From NCBI GenBank assembly GCA_050173015.1, contig JBFXLE010000011.1, positions 1-64,000 on the forward strand: DNA of 64,000 bases. The letters are read 5' to 3'. Source of the DNA: Calditrichaceae bacterium (GTDB lineage Bacteria; Calditrichota; Calditrichia; Calditrichales; JBFXGD01). Of this stretch, positions 1 to 8,564 are shown in pieces (positions within the stretch are counted from its first letter, which is position 1; each line of letters opens with the position of its first letter). The notes below the pieces were generated by a model that saw only the letters and a list, made by a program, of their open reading frames with translations, had not been told where the DNA came from and ran no database searches. The translations under genes and the position numbers were made by a program.

Positions 1-277
1 TCTCCTTTTCGGGATCAATGCCCCATGCTAATGATACAGCCTTAAGCCTTTTTCCACTCTACCCAGATAGTTAATAATCTGAGCGGTGAATTTCAACCGA
101 CTATATATTCATGTCGTCTCCTTTTTGTTATGTGACTTCCTTTATGGATAAACCGGACGATGCCGGGAAAAACACCTATCACATTATTAAAGGATTAAAA
201 AAAGCTATTTTTGAGCAGTCAAAAAAGAATTTATATGTGAGATCAGAATAAAATTGTCAGAAAAATTTAAAAATTAC

Positions 278-519
278 CGGTAATATATGATTCCTTCGTG
301 GTCATATATCATCCCTTCACGGTAATATACCGTTCCTTCCCGGTCATATATCGTCCCTTCGTGGTCATATATCATCCCTTCGCAGTAATATACCGTTCCT
401 TCCCGGTCATATATTGTCCCTTCGCAGTAATATACCGTTCCTTCCCGGTCATATATCGTCCCTTCGCAGTAATATATCATCCCTTCACGGTAATATATGG
501 TTCCTTCCCGGCGATATAT
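278..519. repeat. Tandem array of 11 full and 1 partial degenerate 21-bp units (consensus YRGTMATATAYSRTYCCTTCV)
   Basis: Units read directly: cggtaatatatgattccttcg, tggtcatatatcatcccttca, cggtaatataccgttccttcc, cggtcatatatcgtcccttcg and so on. They translate as heptad repeats on both strands. Confidence 0.95.
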
Positions 520-728
520 TAAATTTTAACGATTAAATAATACTTCTTGCGTGTGTTTTGTAAAAAACTTGTGTTTAGATCATGCAAAATAAGACAAAAA
601 ATGTTTATAGCAGATTGCTTTTATTATTGTTCGGCGACCACGGGGAAATCTTGAGGGGATTTTTTCAAAGCAATCGAGATTTGATGGCTACAGATATATT
701 TATGGAATAACAATGCAGGAATTTAAAA

Positions 729-1478
729 TTATTTTGTGCTCTCTGAATTAAACTCGATTAACTTATCCCAATTTATGTTACCTGCATCATCACAAAAATC
801 TGAAATAAATTCTAATGTAAAAAGATTGATTTTTTGCGCATAAGATTTATTAAACGCATCATTCTTTTCTCTTGCCTTATGGCCTAATGGCTCAATTATA
901 GATTTATACAACTCTGAGTCCCCAGAAATAAATTCCCAAAACGCTTGTCCACATAGTTTATAATAATCACCTTTGGATTTGTACTTATTAGCCTTGGTAG
1001 TCCGGCCATAACAACAACCATTAACAGCTGTAACCATGACTTCAGAACCAGATGTTCGAAGAATTCTTCGTGCTGTATTAAAATTATCTACCATCTTCTT
1101 TACCTGGCTATCATTTCCCCAATTTGGTCCTGATTTAATTGAAACAATATATCGTGTGCCTGAATTTTCAAATTCTAAATCGACGCCAGTAGTACTAGAT
1201 TTTCTTCCGCCATATACTTTTTCATTAACAAAAATAGCAAGACCTTCAAGCCAATCACCAAATATGCCTTCTTCACTCGAAGATAAAAAAGCATCTACAA
1301 CAGCCTGAACTAAATCTTGTGCTTTTAATACATTTTTTGCACGGAATAGATAGGGGTTTTTTTTACGCAAAACTACATTCAATTTTAATGAATCTAATTT
1401 TTCAAGCCGCTTTTTGTGAAAATTACCAATATTCTTTTCAACGTATTGAAATACTTCTTCCTTTTGGAGGGGCTTCAT
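729..1478 (-). CDS. Type II restriction endonuclease, PmeII/EcoO109I-like PD-(D/E)XK family
   Basis: Motifs KNPYLFRAKN, SSEEGIFGDWLEGLA, GVDLEF...IVSIKSGPNWGN and LCGQAFWEFISGD. Overlaps the 3' end of the MTase. ATG at 1478 follows AAGGGA. Confidence 0.8.
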   Translation of the reverse strand: MKPLQKEEVFQYVEKNIGNFHKKRLEKLDSLKLNVVLRKKNPYLFRAKNVLKAQDLVQAVVDAFLSSSEEGIFGDWLEGLAIFVNEKVYGGRKSSTTGVDLEFENSGTRYIVSIKSGPNWGNDSQVKKMVDNFNTARRILRTSGSEVMVTAVNGCCYGRTTKANKYKSKGDYYKLCGQAFWEFISGDSELYKSIIEPLGHKAREKNDAFNKSYAQKINLFTLEFISDFCDDAGNINWDKLIEFNSESTK

Positions 1479-2316
1479 ATTTTCCCTTTTGTTCAATTAT
1501 CATTAGCTTGACCGGTACAGTATATTTCTTAACGAATTCATAATACTCAGGAACAATCTCGATTCCTATTGAATTTCTATTCATTCGTTGAGCTACGATA
1601 TTTGTTGTACCTGAACCCATAAATGGATCCAGCACTGTATCCCCCATTTGAGTAAAAAGTTTAATAAACCATTCTGGCAATTCTTCTGGAAAGGCTGCGC
1701 TGTGATTCTTATTATTACATTCCGTCGCCAAATGTAAAACATTTGTTGGATATGCTTTATCTCTATTTAGCCAATTTGATATATTTTTACCAAATCCACT
1801 TCCGACTTTGGATTCGTCTCTTTTTTTATCAGTAGCACTTAAGTTCTTTAGCCGAGTCTTGGCCCAATCGCCCATTGGAACCATTACTTCTTCTTGATAC
1901 ATATTGAATTTTTTATCTTTATTAAATTGAAGAAGTCTTTCCCAGGAATCTCGGAACCTATTTGGCCATTTCCCTGGGTAGCTATTTTTCTTGTGCCATA
2001 TGAATTCTTCCGTCCATAGCCAACCTTGCTTTTTCATAGCAAGTATCAATTCCATAACGTATGTACTTCGCTCACCATTAACTACTTTTTCCTTGATATT
2101 TAATACAAATGTACCCGTTGGTTTTAGTACTCTTAATAATTGCTCAGAAATAGGCATAAACCAATCGACATATTTATCTGGATGAATTCCACCATATGAT
2201 TTTTTTCTTTGGTCAGCATAAGGAGGGGATGTGAAAATTAAATCAATTGAATTGTCTTCAATATTTTGCAATTCAATTTTACTGTCACCTAGAATTAGGT
2301 TTGTTATAACTTCCAT
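1438..2316 (-). CDS. Site-specific DNA methyltransferase, beta class (probably N4-cytosine)
   Basis: Catalytic motif IV FTSPPY precedes SAM-binding motif I VLDPFMGSGTT; HSAAFPEELP present. The start could alternatively be the TTG at 2343. Confidence 0.92.
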   Translation of the reverse strand: MEVITNLILGDSKIELQNIEDNSIDLIFTSPPYADQRKKSYGGIHPDKYVDWFMPISEQLLRVLKPTGTFVLNIKEKVVNGERSTYVMELILAMKKQGWLWTEEFIWHKKNSYPGKWPNRFRDSWERLLQFNKDKKFNMYQEEVMVPMGDWAKTRLKNLSATDKKRDESKVGSGFGKNISNWLNRDKAYPTNVLHLATECNNKNHSAAFPEELPEWFIKLFTQMGDTVLDPFMGSGTTNIVAQRMNRNSIGIEIVPEYYEFVKKYTVPVKLMIIEQKGKYEAPPKGRSISIR

Positions 2317-2646
2317 AGCAGAATACTTTAATTTTGGTCTCAATTTTTTATTTTAATATAAAAGAATTTCTGCTTTATCAAAAGGGAATTTTTGTCTGAG
2401 TTTTATACACGATGAACTGATTACTAATCAAAGCTAGGTTTGGTAAAAAAAATATGGCAAATTTTATTTATAATATGGCAAAATGCTTAGAACCATATCA
2501 AAAACTAACAAAGATTGTTTCTGCTCCACATACGCATCATCAGAATAAATTTATGTACTCAGCTATCCAGTTCTTAAAATTAAAATTTGAAGATGTTCTT
2601 TGTCGCGTCGGGGAATGTATGCCGGGCGATGTTGGTTGGGCTCGAC

Positions 2647-2830
2647 TTCATACTTTCCGCTCTTCAATTCTTACTTCGCAATTCCTACTTCTTACTTCCT
2701 ACTTCGCTCTCGGAACAACCCCCTTAGTCCTCCTTTGCCAAGGGCGAAACAGCCGGCTCATAACGCTTACACTCTTAACTCTTAACGCTCTTTAGTTCTT
2801 ACTCTTTTATCTTATCATCTTTCTTTCATC
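2647..2830. repeat. Pyrimidine-rich degenerate heptamer runs interrupted by a CCCCCTT...AAGGG element
   Basis: Nine 7-mers at 2647-2709 (ttcatac tttccgc tcttcaa ttcttac ttcgcaa ttcctac ttcttac ttcctac ttcgctc). A second ctcttaa-like run lies at about 2757-2830. Confidence 0.75.
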
Positions 2831-2941
2831 CTGGAAGGCTGTTATATTAGCCGTTAGGAATAGTTCGATTTGCAAAATTTGCTTCTGTGTGTATTAAACA
2901 GGCCGGGGGAAAATATTCATTTCCATAATTCGGAGGTAATG

Positions 2942-3505
2942 ATGATCTATGAAACAAAGGATTACGGACATCTTGTGGGCATGGACGGATTCAGCGGCGA
3001 ACTGATAAACGATCATTTTACGCTGTACAAGGGGTATGTCGCCAATACCAATAAAAATCTTGAACTCATCTCCAAACTGCCTTCCGGGTCCTACGAAGCG
3101 GCGGAGGTCAGACGCCGTCTGGGGTGGGAATTTAACGGGATGCGCCTTCACGAATACTACTTCGGAAATCTCGGCGGTACAGGAAAGCTGAAAGACGGCT
3201 CCCGTCTGATGAAATTTATCAATGACAGTTTTGGCGGTTTTGACAACTGGGAAAAAGATTTCCGCGCGGCGGCAGCCATGCGTGGTATCGGCTGGGTTGT
3301 TTTATATCATGATACCATGGCAAAGAAGCTGATCAATTTCTGGATCAACGAACATGATGTCGCTCATCCCGCGGGCTGTCAGCCCATCCTGGTGATGGAT
3401 GTTTTTGAGCACGCGTTTATCCGCGATTACGGTCTGGCGCGCGGCGGGTATATCGACGCGTTTTTTAAGAATATCGACTGGGAAGCCGCGGAAGTAAGGT
3501 TATAA
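2942..3505 (+). CDS. Fe/Mn superoxide dismutase family protein (ChrC-like subtype)
   Basis: Metal-ligand motifs HFTLYKGYV, RRLGWEFNGMRLHEYYF and MDVFEHAF; GGAGG RBS at 2932-2936. Confidence 0.9.
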   Translation: MIYETKDYGHLVGMDGFSGELINDHFTLYKGYVANTNKNLELISKLPSGSYEAAEVRRRLGWEFNGMRLHEYYFGNLGGTGKLKDGSRLMKFINDSFGGFDNWEKDFRAAAAMRGIGWVVLYHDTMAKKLINFWINEHDVAHPAGCQPILVMDVFEHAFIRDYGLARGGYIDAFFKNIDWEAAEVRL

Positions 3506-3507
3506 TC

Positions 3508-3535
3508 AAAAAAGGCGCCGTGAAACGCGGCGCCT
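3508..3535. terminator. Intrinsic terminator between the convergent SOD and amidase genes
   Basis: aggcgccg-tgaaacg-cggcgcct stem with an A-tract on the left (U-tract on the minus strand). Confidence 0.8.
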
Positions 3536-3551
3536 GTATCTTTCATCAATC

Positions 3552-5222
3552 CTATTCAAGCGGTGGATGTTTCAGATGATAATCCGTAGCCGACTGATAC
3601 GCTTTTGCCGCCGAAATAAGTTCGCCCTCTCTGAATAAATTACCGGTGATGGTGATGCTCGTTGGCGTCCCGTCTTTTGAAAATCCGTCTGGCATAACGA
3701 TGGCCGGATGCCCGGTCAGATTAGTCAACAACAGATTGTCACCCTCCCAGGAGGGCGCGAGATAAATATCCACAGTTTTCATTATTTCGCTCATTTCCTG
3801 AATCAGCTGATAGCGGATGCGGTTGGCGTTGATATATTCAACGGCGGGGATAAATCGCGAAGCTCTGAAAACATTCGGCCAGGCGTTCTTTACCTGCCTG
3901 ACAAGAAGATCATCTTTGCCGCTCCGTGTGAGATCGTCAAACGCCGCGCCCGCTTCCGCCGAGAGAATGATGCCGAGATCGGCCACCGGCAGTTTGGGCA
4001 ATTTGATTGGAATCAGCTCAAGGCCCATGTTTCTGAAAATACCGAGTGCCAGCGAATCATTTGTTTTAAAATCGTAGTCTTTTTTGAAATCATCTTCAAC
4101 ATACCCGACTCTTAACTTCCGGATATCATATGTGGCATCATAATTAAACGGCAAGTCGTAAACCGTTTGATCCTTTCCGTCAGGCCCGTTAATCGCGTTG
4201 AGGACGATGGCGCAGTCTTCAGCATTGCGGCAGATAGGTCCAATTTTATCCATGCTCCAGCTCAATGCCATGGCGCCTGACCGGCTGACCCGGCCGTAGG
4301 TGGGACGCAAACCGGTGACCCCGCAGACGGTGGATGGCGAAACGATTGATCCCCAGGTTTCCGTCCCGATGGCAAACGGCACAAGCCCGGCTGATGTCGC
4401 GGCCGCCGATCCGGCGGATGAACCGCTTGAGCCCTGGGTGATATTCCACGGATTGCGTGTCATTCCGCCGTACCAGTATTCACCCCAGGCAAGCGCCCCC
4501 ATGGTTAGTTTCGCGACAAGAATGGCGCCCGCCGTTTCCAGTTTTTGGATAACCGCGGCATTTTCATCGATGATCTGATCTTTATACGGCGTGGCTCCCC
4601 ACGTTGTTTTGTAGCCCTTTACGGCGAGCAGGTCCTTGGCGCCGTATGGAATACCGTGCAGGGGGCCGCGGTATTTACCCGAAGCGATTTCGGAATCAGC
4701 CCGGCGCGCCTGCTCAAGGGCGAGGTCTTCAGTAAGCGTGATCACGCATTCCAGTTTTGGGCCGTATTTTTTTAGTCGGTCAAGATACAGTTGGGTCAAC
4801 TCCAGCGATGTGATTTTTTTCGTTCGGATCATTTCGGCGAGCTGACCGATCGAATAAAAGGCGAGTGTATCGGAATTTTCCGGCGCTTTTGTTCCGGAAT
4901 AATCACTTACTCTGAAGTATTTTTCTTTGATGTCTATTTTTGTCTCCATGGGGATGGGATTGAATAGAATCGCCGGCGGGACATTGTTATTCAGTCGCGA
5001 CTTACGGATGTTGTCGTAATTTCCCAATTGCTCATTGAGCGCGTCGAGCATGGAATCTCTTTTAACGTCATTAAAGGTGAGCCCGATTATTTCTTCCGCC
5101 GACTGAATTTTTTTGACGGTGATGGTTTGACCGGTCCACGGGTCTCTGTAAAATAAACCGATCAGAAATCCAATATAAGCCGCCGCGAGAAAAAACGCCG
5201 CGCCCCGAAGAATATTTCGCAT
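3552..5222 (-). CDS. Amidase signature family protein with N-terminal signal/TM segment
   Basis: GPLHGIPYGAKDL, GSSGSSAGSAAA and AIGTETWGSIVSPS (Ser-cisSer-Lys triad). ATG at 5222 follows GGAGG. Confidence 0.9.
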   Translation of the reverse strand: MRNILRGAAFFLAAAYIGFLIGLFYRDPWTGQTITVKKIQSAEEIIGLTFNDVKRDSMLDALNEQLGNYDNIRKSRLNNNVPPAILFNPIPMETKIDIKEKYFRVSDYSGTKAPENSDTLAFYSIGQLAEMIRTKKITSLELTQLYLDRLKKYGPKLECVITLTEDLALEQARRADSEIASGKYRGPLHGIPYGAKDLLAVKGYKTTWGATPYKDQIIDENAAVIQKLETAGAILVAKLTMGALAWGEYWYGGMTRNPWNITQGSSGSSAGSAAATSAGLVPFAIGTETWGSIVSPSTVCGVTGLRPTYGRVSRSGAMALSWSMDKIGPICRNAEDCAIVLNAINGPDGKDQTVYDLPFNYDATYDIRKLRVGYVEDDFKKDYDFKTNDSLALGIFRNMGLELIPIKLPKLPVADLGIILSAEAGAAFDDLTRSGKDDLLVRQVKNAWPNVFRASRFIPAVEYINANRIRYQLIQEMSEIMKTVDIYLAPSWEGDNLLLTNLTGHPAIVMPDGFSKDGTPTSITITGNLFREGELISAAKAYQSATDYHLKHPPLE

Positions 5223-5505
5223 AAAATCCTCCCCCGGTAAAATGAAATTGTCTGAACGCCTTTCGGATATTTTGAAACGCAACGGAGAATACATTAAAGA
5301 TAATATAATTTTTGCAGCATTACCGCATGAAAAATTATACGGGGAAACCCTGCACCGGGATAATCGATAGATGGACATTTTGATCAGGTTTCTCCAATAA
5401 GAAAAATTCGTTAAAATTTAAAAATGATCTTTTTGATATCATTCAAATTTCATATTCCGGATTTCTTTTGCTAAATTATAGCGCTTTAATGGAACAGAGG
5501 AATAA

Positions 5506-5889
5506 ATGAAAAATAAAAAAGAATTAATCGTTGTCGGCGACCGCGTTCTGATTAAACCGGATCAGACAAAAGAAAAAACAAATTTCGGCTTGTATCTTCC
5601 GCAGGGGGTGGAGAGCAAAGAAAAAGTCCAGGGCGGATTTATTTTTCGTGTGGGACCGGGTTATCCGCTGCCGGATCCGGGTTCGCTTTCTGATGAACCG
5701 TGGGATGGATCACATGCCGAGCCGAAATATCTTCCCTTGCAGGCCCAGGAGGGTGATTATGCCCTGTTTTTACGAAAATCTTCCATTGAAATTGAATTCG
5801 AAAAGGAAACCTATCTGATTGTGCCGCAGGCGGCCATCCTTCTTTTAATACGCGAAAATATACTGGATCAGATACATCCGGAAGAATAA
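5506..5889 (+). CDS. Stand-alone co-chaperonin GroES (Cpn10) family protein
   Basis: VVGDRVLIKP...GLYLP...VGPG fold motifs with a YPLP..DEPW insert; no adjacent groEL. Confidence 0.85.
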   Translation: MKNKKELIVVGDRVLIKPDQTKEKTNFGLYLPQGVESKEKVQGGFIFRVGPGYPLPDPGSLSDEPWDGSHAEPKYLPLQAQEGDYALFLRKSSIEIEFEKETYLIVPQAAILLLIRENILDQIHPEE

Positions 5890-6038
5890 GAATAATTTTA
5901 TTCTGTCGCGAATGATCAATTCTGACCTGTCCCCACCATCCGAAACAAGAATCACCGGAACTTTTGGACCGGATTTACGAAATAATTAAAACGATCTGCC
6001 GGTTATCAAAAATGAGTCTGAACTACAATAGGAAATGA

Positions 6039-7232
6039 ATGATGAGAATGTATATATTCTTTTTTACCGTTTTAACTTTATTTACAGGCCTGACTTATCT
6101 GGCGGGCAGGCTGTTGAGAAATACAAACAAAAAAATCTGGAGAATCAGCGCACTTGACCGTACGGGTAAATTGCTGCCGTTCGTCATGGTCATCATGCTG
6201 GTGGTCTGGAGCGCGGGATCGGGTTTTGGACAGCATACCGTCCGTTTTGCCGGGGCCACAGGCAGCGCGGTCATCATGATTTTTAGTCTGATCCTTTTGC
6301 TTACGCTCCCGTTTTCGCTGTTTACAAACCGCATCAGCGGCTGGATCAAATATTTTGGCGCGAAGCAGATAAAATCAGAAGAGGCGCATGCGCAAAGACG
6401 TTTATTCCTGAAATCGACAGCGGCGGTTATCCCCGTCCTGGCGCTCGGTACCAGCGGCAGCGCGTTGGCGGCCTCCTTTGAGAATGTCCGTTTTCCAAAA
6501 GTCAAAATGAAATACGCAAATCTTCCGGAAGAGCTGGACGGATTTAAAATTCTGCATTTAAGCGATCTCCATCTTGGGTACTATTTTAATCTTGATGATC
6601 TTGAAAACACCTTGATCCGGGCGGAGGCATTAAAACCGGATATGATACTTGTAACGGGTGATGTGGCCGATGATCTCACGCAGCTTGGCGGAGCGATGAA
6701 TTTAATCGATCAGCTCAAAACCCCCTTCTCCAAATTTGTTTCGCTTGGGAATCATGAGTATCACCGGGGGATCCGTGAAGTAAAAAAAATACTGGATGCC
6801 GGACCGGTTCCGTTGCTGCAAAATGATTCTGCTCTGCTGGAAGTCGGCAATTCAAAGCTATACATCGGCGGCGCGGATGATCCGGTGATGTTAAGATCGG
6901 AGATGACTGAATTTCTGGATAAAACGGTGCAGGCGGCTATGTATAAAGCCCCGGCTGAGGCGTTTAAGGTATTGATGAGTCATCGCCCGCGGGCGCTGGA
7001 TGTGGCGGATGCGCATTCAGTGGATCTGGTGCTGTCCGGACATACACACGGCGGGCAGGTCGGATTTAACGGCCGCAGCGCGTTCGAAAGTTTCGCGAAG
7101 GAAAGTTATCTTTGGGGAAAATATCAGCAAGGAAGGACACAACTCTACACCTCAGCGGGAATGGGGCAATGGTTTCCTTTCCGGTTAGGTTGTCCGGCGG
7201 AAGCGCCTTTAATCATTTTGAAAAAAGCATGA
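6039..7232 (+). CDS. Membrane-anchored metallophosphoesterase (YkuE-like)
   Basis: Motifs DLHLG, TGDVAD, LGNHE, SHRP and GHTHGGQ; N-terminal hydrophobic helices; internal RRLFLK. Confidence 0.9.
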   Translation: MMRMYIFFFTVLTLFTGLTYLAGRLLRNTNKKIWRISALDRTGKLLPFVMVIMLVVWSAGSGFGQHTVRFAGATGSAVIMIFSLILLLTLPFSLFTNRISGWIKYFGAKQIKSEEAHAQRRLFLKSTAAVIPVLALGTSGSALAASFENVRFPKVKMKYANLPEELDGFKILHLSDLHLGYYFNLDDLENTLIRAEALKPDMILVTGDVADDLTQLGGAMNLIDQLKTPFSKFVSLGNHEYHRGIREVKKILDAGPVPLLQNDSALLEVGNSKLYIGGADDPVMLRSEMTEFLDKTVQAAMYKAPAEAFKVLMSHRPRALDVADAHSVDLVLSGHTHGGQVGFNGRSAFESFAKESYLWGKYQQGRTQLYTSAGMGQWFPFRLGCPAEAPLIILKKA

Positions 7233-7419
7233 CCGGAAAATTATATATCGTTCACGCGCGGGTGATCAGGTCTCCGGATATCCTGAAGGATTAACCGAAG
7301 TATTAGAGTGAATGAAAAAACCACCTTCTATGATTGAATTTTGTCACTTCTGTTTATTCGTATCATAAAATTATATATATTAAGACAGCCCGACCGGCGT
7401 TTGATATGAAAGGTGATGA

Positions 7420-8442
7420 ATGGACAACCGCGATACGAATCTGAAATCAAATTTGATTACCGTTACGATCGGTTTTTCTATGCTCTTGTCAATTGGTGTC
7501 GGCGGATATATGATGATAGAGGGCTGGGGCTGGCTTGACGCGCTTTATATGACGATAATTTCATTCTCGACTGTCGGTTTTCAGGAAGTCTCCAGTCTTG
7601 GGAAATTCGGTCGGATTTTTACCATGTTCATTATATTATTCGGTATGATATTTATCGCCATGCTTTCCGCGAGTGTTACAAGTTTGTTTGTCCGAAATGA
7701 GTTACTATCTGTCAGGAAAAAACAGAAAATGCAAAAATCCATTCAGAACTTAAAAGGTCACACCATTTTATGCGGCGCCGGCGATACCGGTTCTGCTATC
7801 ATCAAAGAATATCAGGAATCAAAAAAACCACTGGTGGTTATTGATACAAAATCAGAAATTCTGGAATACCTGAAGGAGCAGTACCCCGGTATATTGTTCA
7901 TTGACGGTGACGCCACCAAAGATGAAGTGCTTATAGAAGCAAATATCAAAAACGCCAGAGGACTGATCACCGCTCTCTCCCTCGACGCGGACAATTTGTT
8001 TGTAGTGATCTCAGCGAAAGCGCTCAATCCCGCCATGAAGATTATTTCAAGAGCGGTTGATCCTCATACGGAGAGCAAACTCTACAAATCGGGCGCGAAC
8101 TATGTGATATCACCGAACCTGGTGGAAGGTATGCGGATGGCGTCCGTGATGCTGCGGCCCACGGTAGTGAGTTTCCTGGATGTGATGATGCGGGGGGATG
8201 AATTCTCATTCAGGCTTGAAGAAATAAACGTACCAAAAGGAGCCAGTCTGCATGGCAAAGCTCTGATAGATGCCCGTATTCCACAGCTCACCGGGTTAAT
8301 AGTGATTGCCGTTAAAAAAAATGATAACTCAGGTATTATTTTTAATCCAAGTTCAGCCACGGTTCTCCACGAACATGACACACTGATCGTATTGGGCGAT
8401 TTTGAAAAAATTCAGAAGCTCGAAACTTTATTAAAAGCATAA
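7420..8442 (+). CDS. Two-TM potassium channel protein with TrkA-N/TrkA-C (RCK) domains
   Basis: Pore region DALYMTIISFSTVGFQEV; Rossmann motif ILCGAGDTG; C-terminal RCK-C. Confidence 0.9.
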   Translation: MDNRDTNLKSNLITVTIGFSMLLSIGVGGYMMIEGWGWLDALYMTIISFSTVGFQEVSSLGKFGRIFTMFIILFGMIFIAMLSASVTSLFVRNELLSVRKKQKMQKSIQNLKGHTILCGAGDTGSAIIKEYQESKKPLVVIDTKSEILEYLKEQYPGILFIDGDATKDEVLIEANIKNARGLITALSLDADNLFVVISAKALNPAMKIISRAVDPHTESKLYKSGANYVISPNLVEGMRMASVMLRPTVVSFLDVMMRGDEFSFRLEEINVPKGASLHGKALIDARIPQLTGLIVIAVKKNDNSGIIFNPSSATVLHEHDTLIVLGDFEKIQKLETLLKA

Positions 8443-8564
8443 CGTGAAATAACTGTTCTTTCCCCGAAATATCCATGGTTCTAAAATAGTTGACAGGTAA
8501 TTCCCACAGGGATAAGTGATAATAAATTGAATTGAATCCATAAATTCAAAAGAACGGAGGCATC

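Noticed and set aside
1-125. Minus-strand gene start (AAGGAG RBS, ATG at 112)
   Set aside because: TAG at codon 4 and further stops in all frames. At best a decayed fragment; cannot be judged at the window edge.
278-519. CRISPR array
   Set aside because: Units are contiguous with no unique spacers, and there are no cas genes.
2454-2795. 113-aa and 61-aa ORFs
   Set aside because: They run through low-complexity heptamer repeats and show no protein-like motifs.
3552-5222. gatA
   Set aside because: It has an N-terminal export/TM segment and no gatB/gatC neighbours, so it is a general amidase.
5242-5370. 42-codon plus-strand ORF (MKLSERLSDILK...)
   Set aside because: No RBS, and it lies in the divergent promoter region immediately upstream of the amidase.
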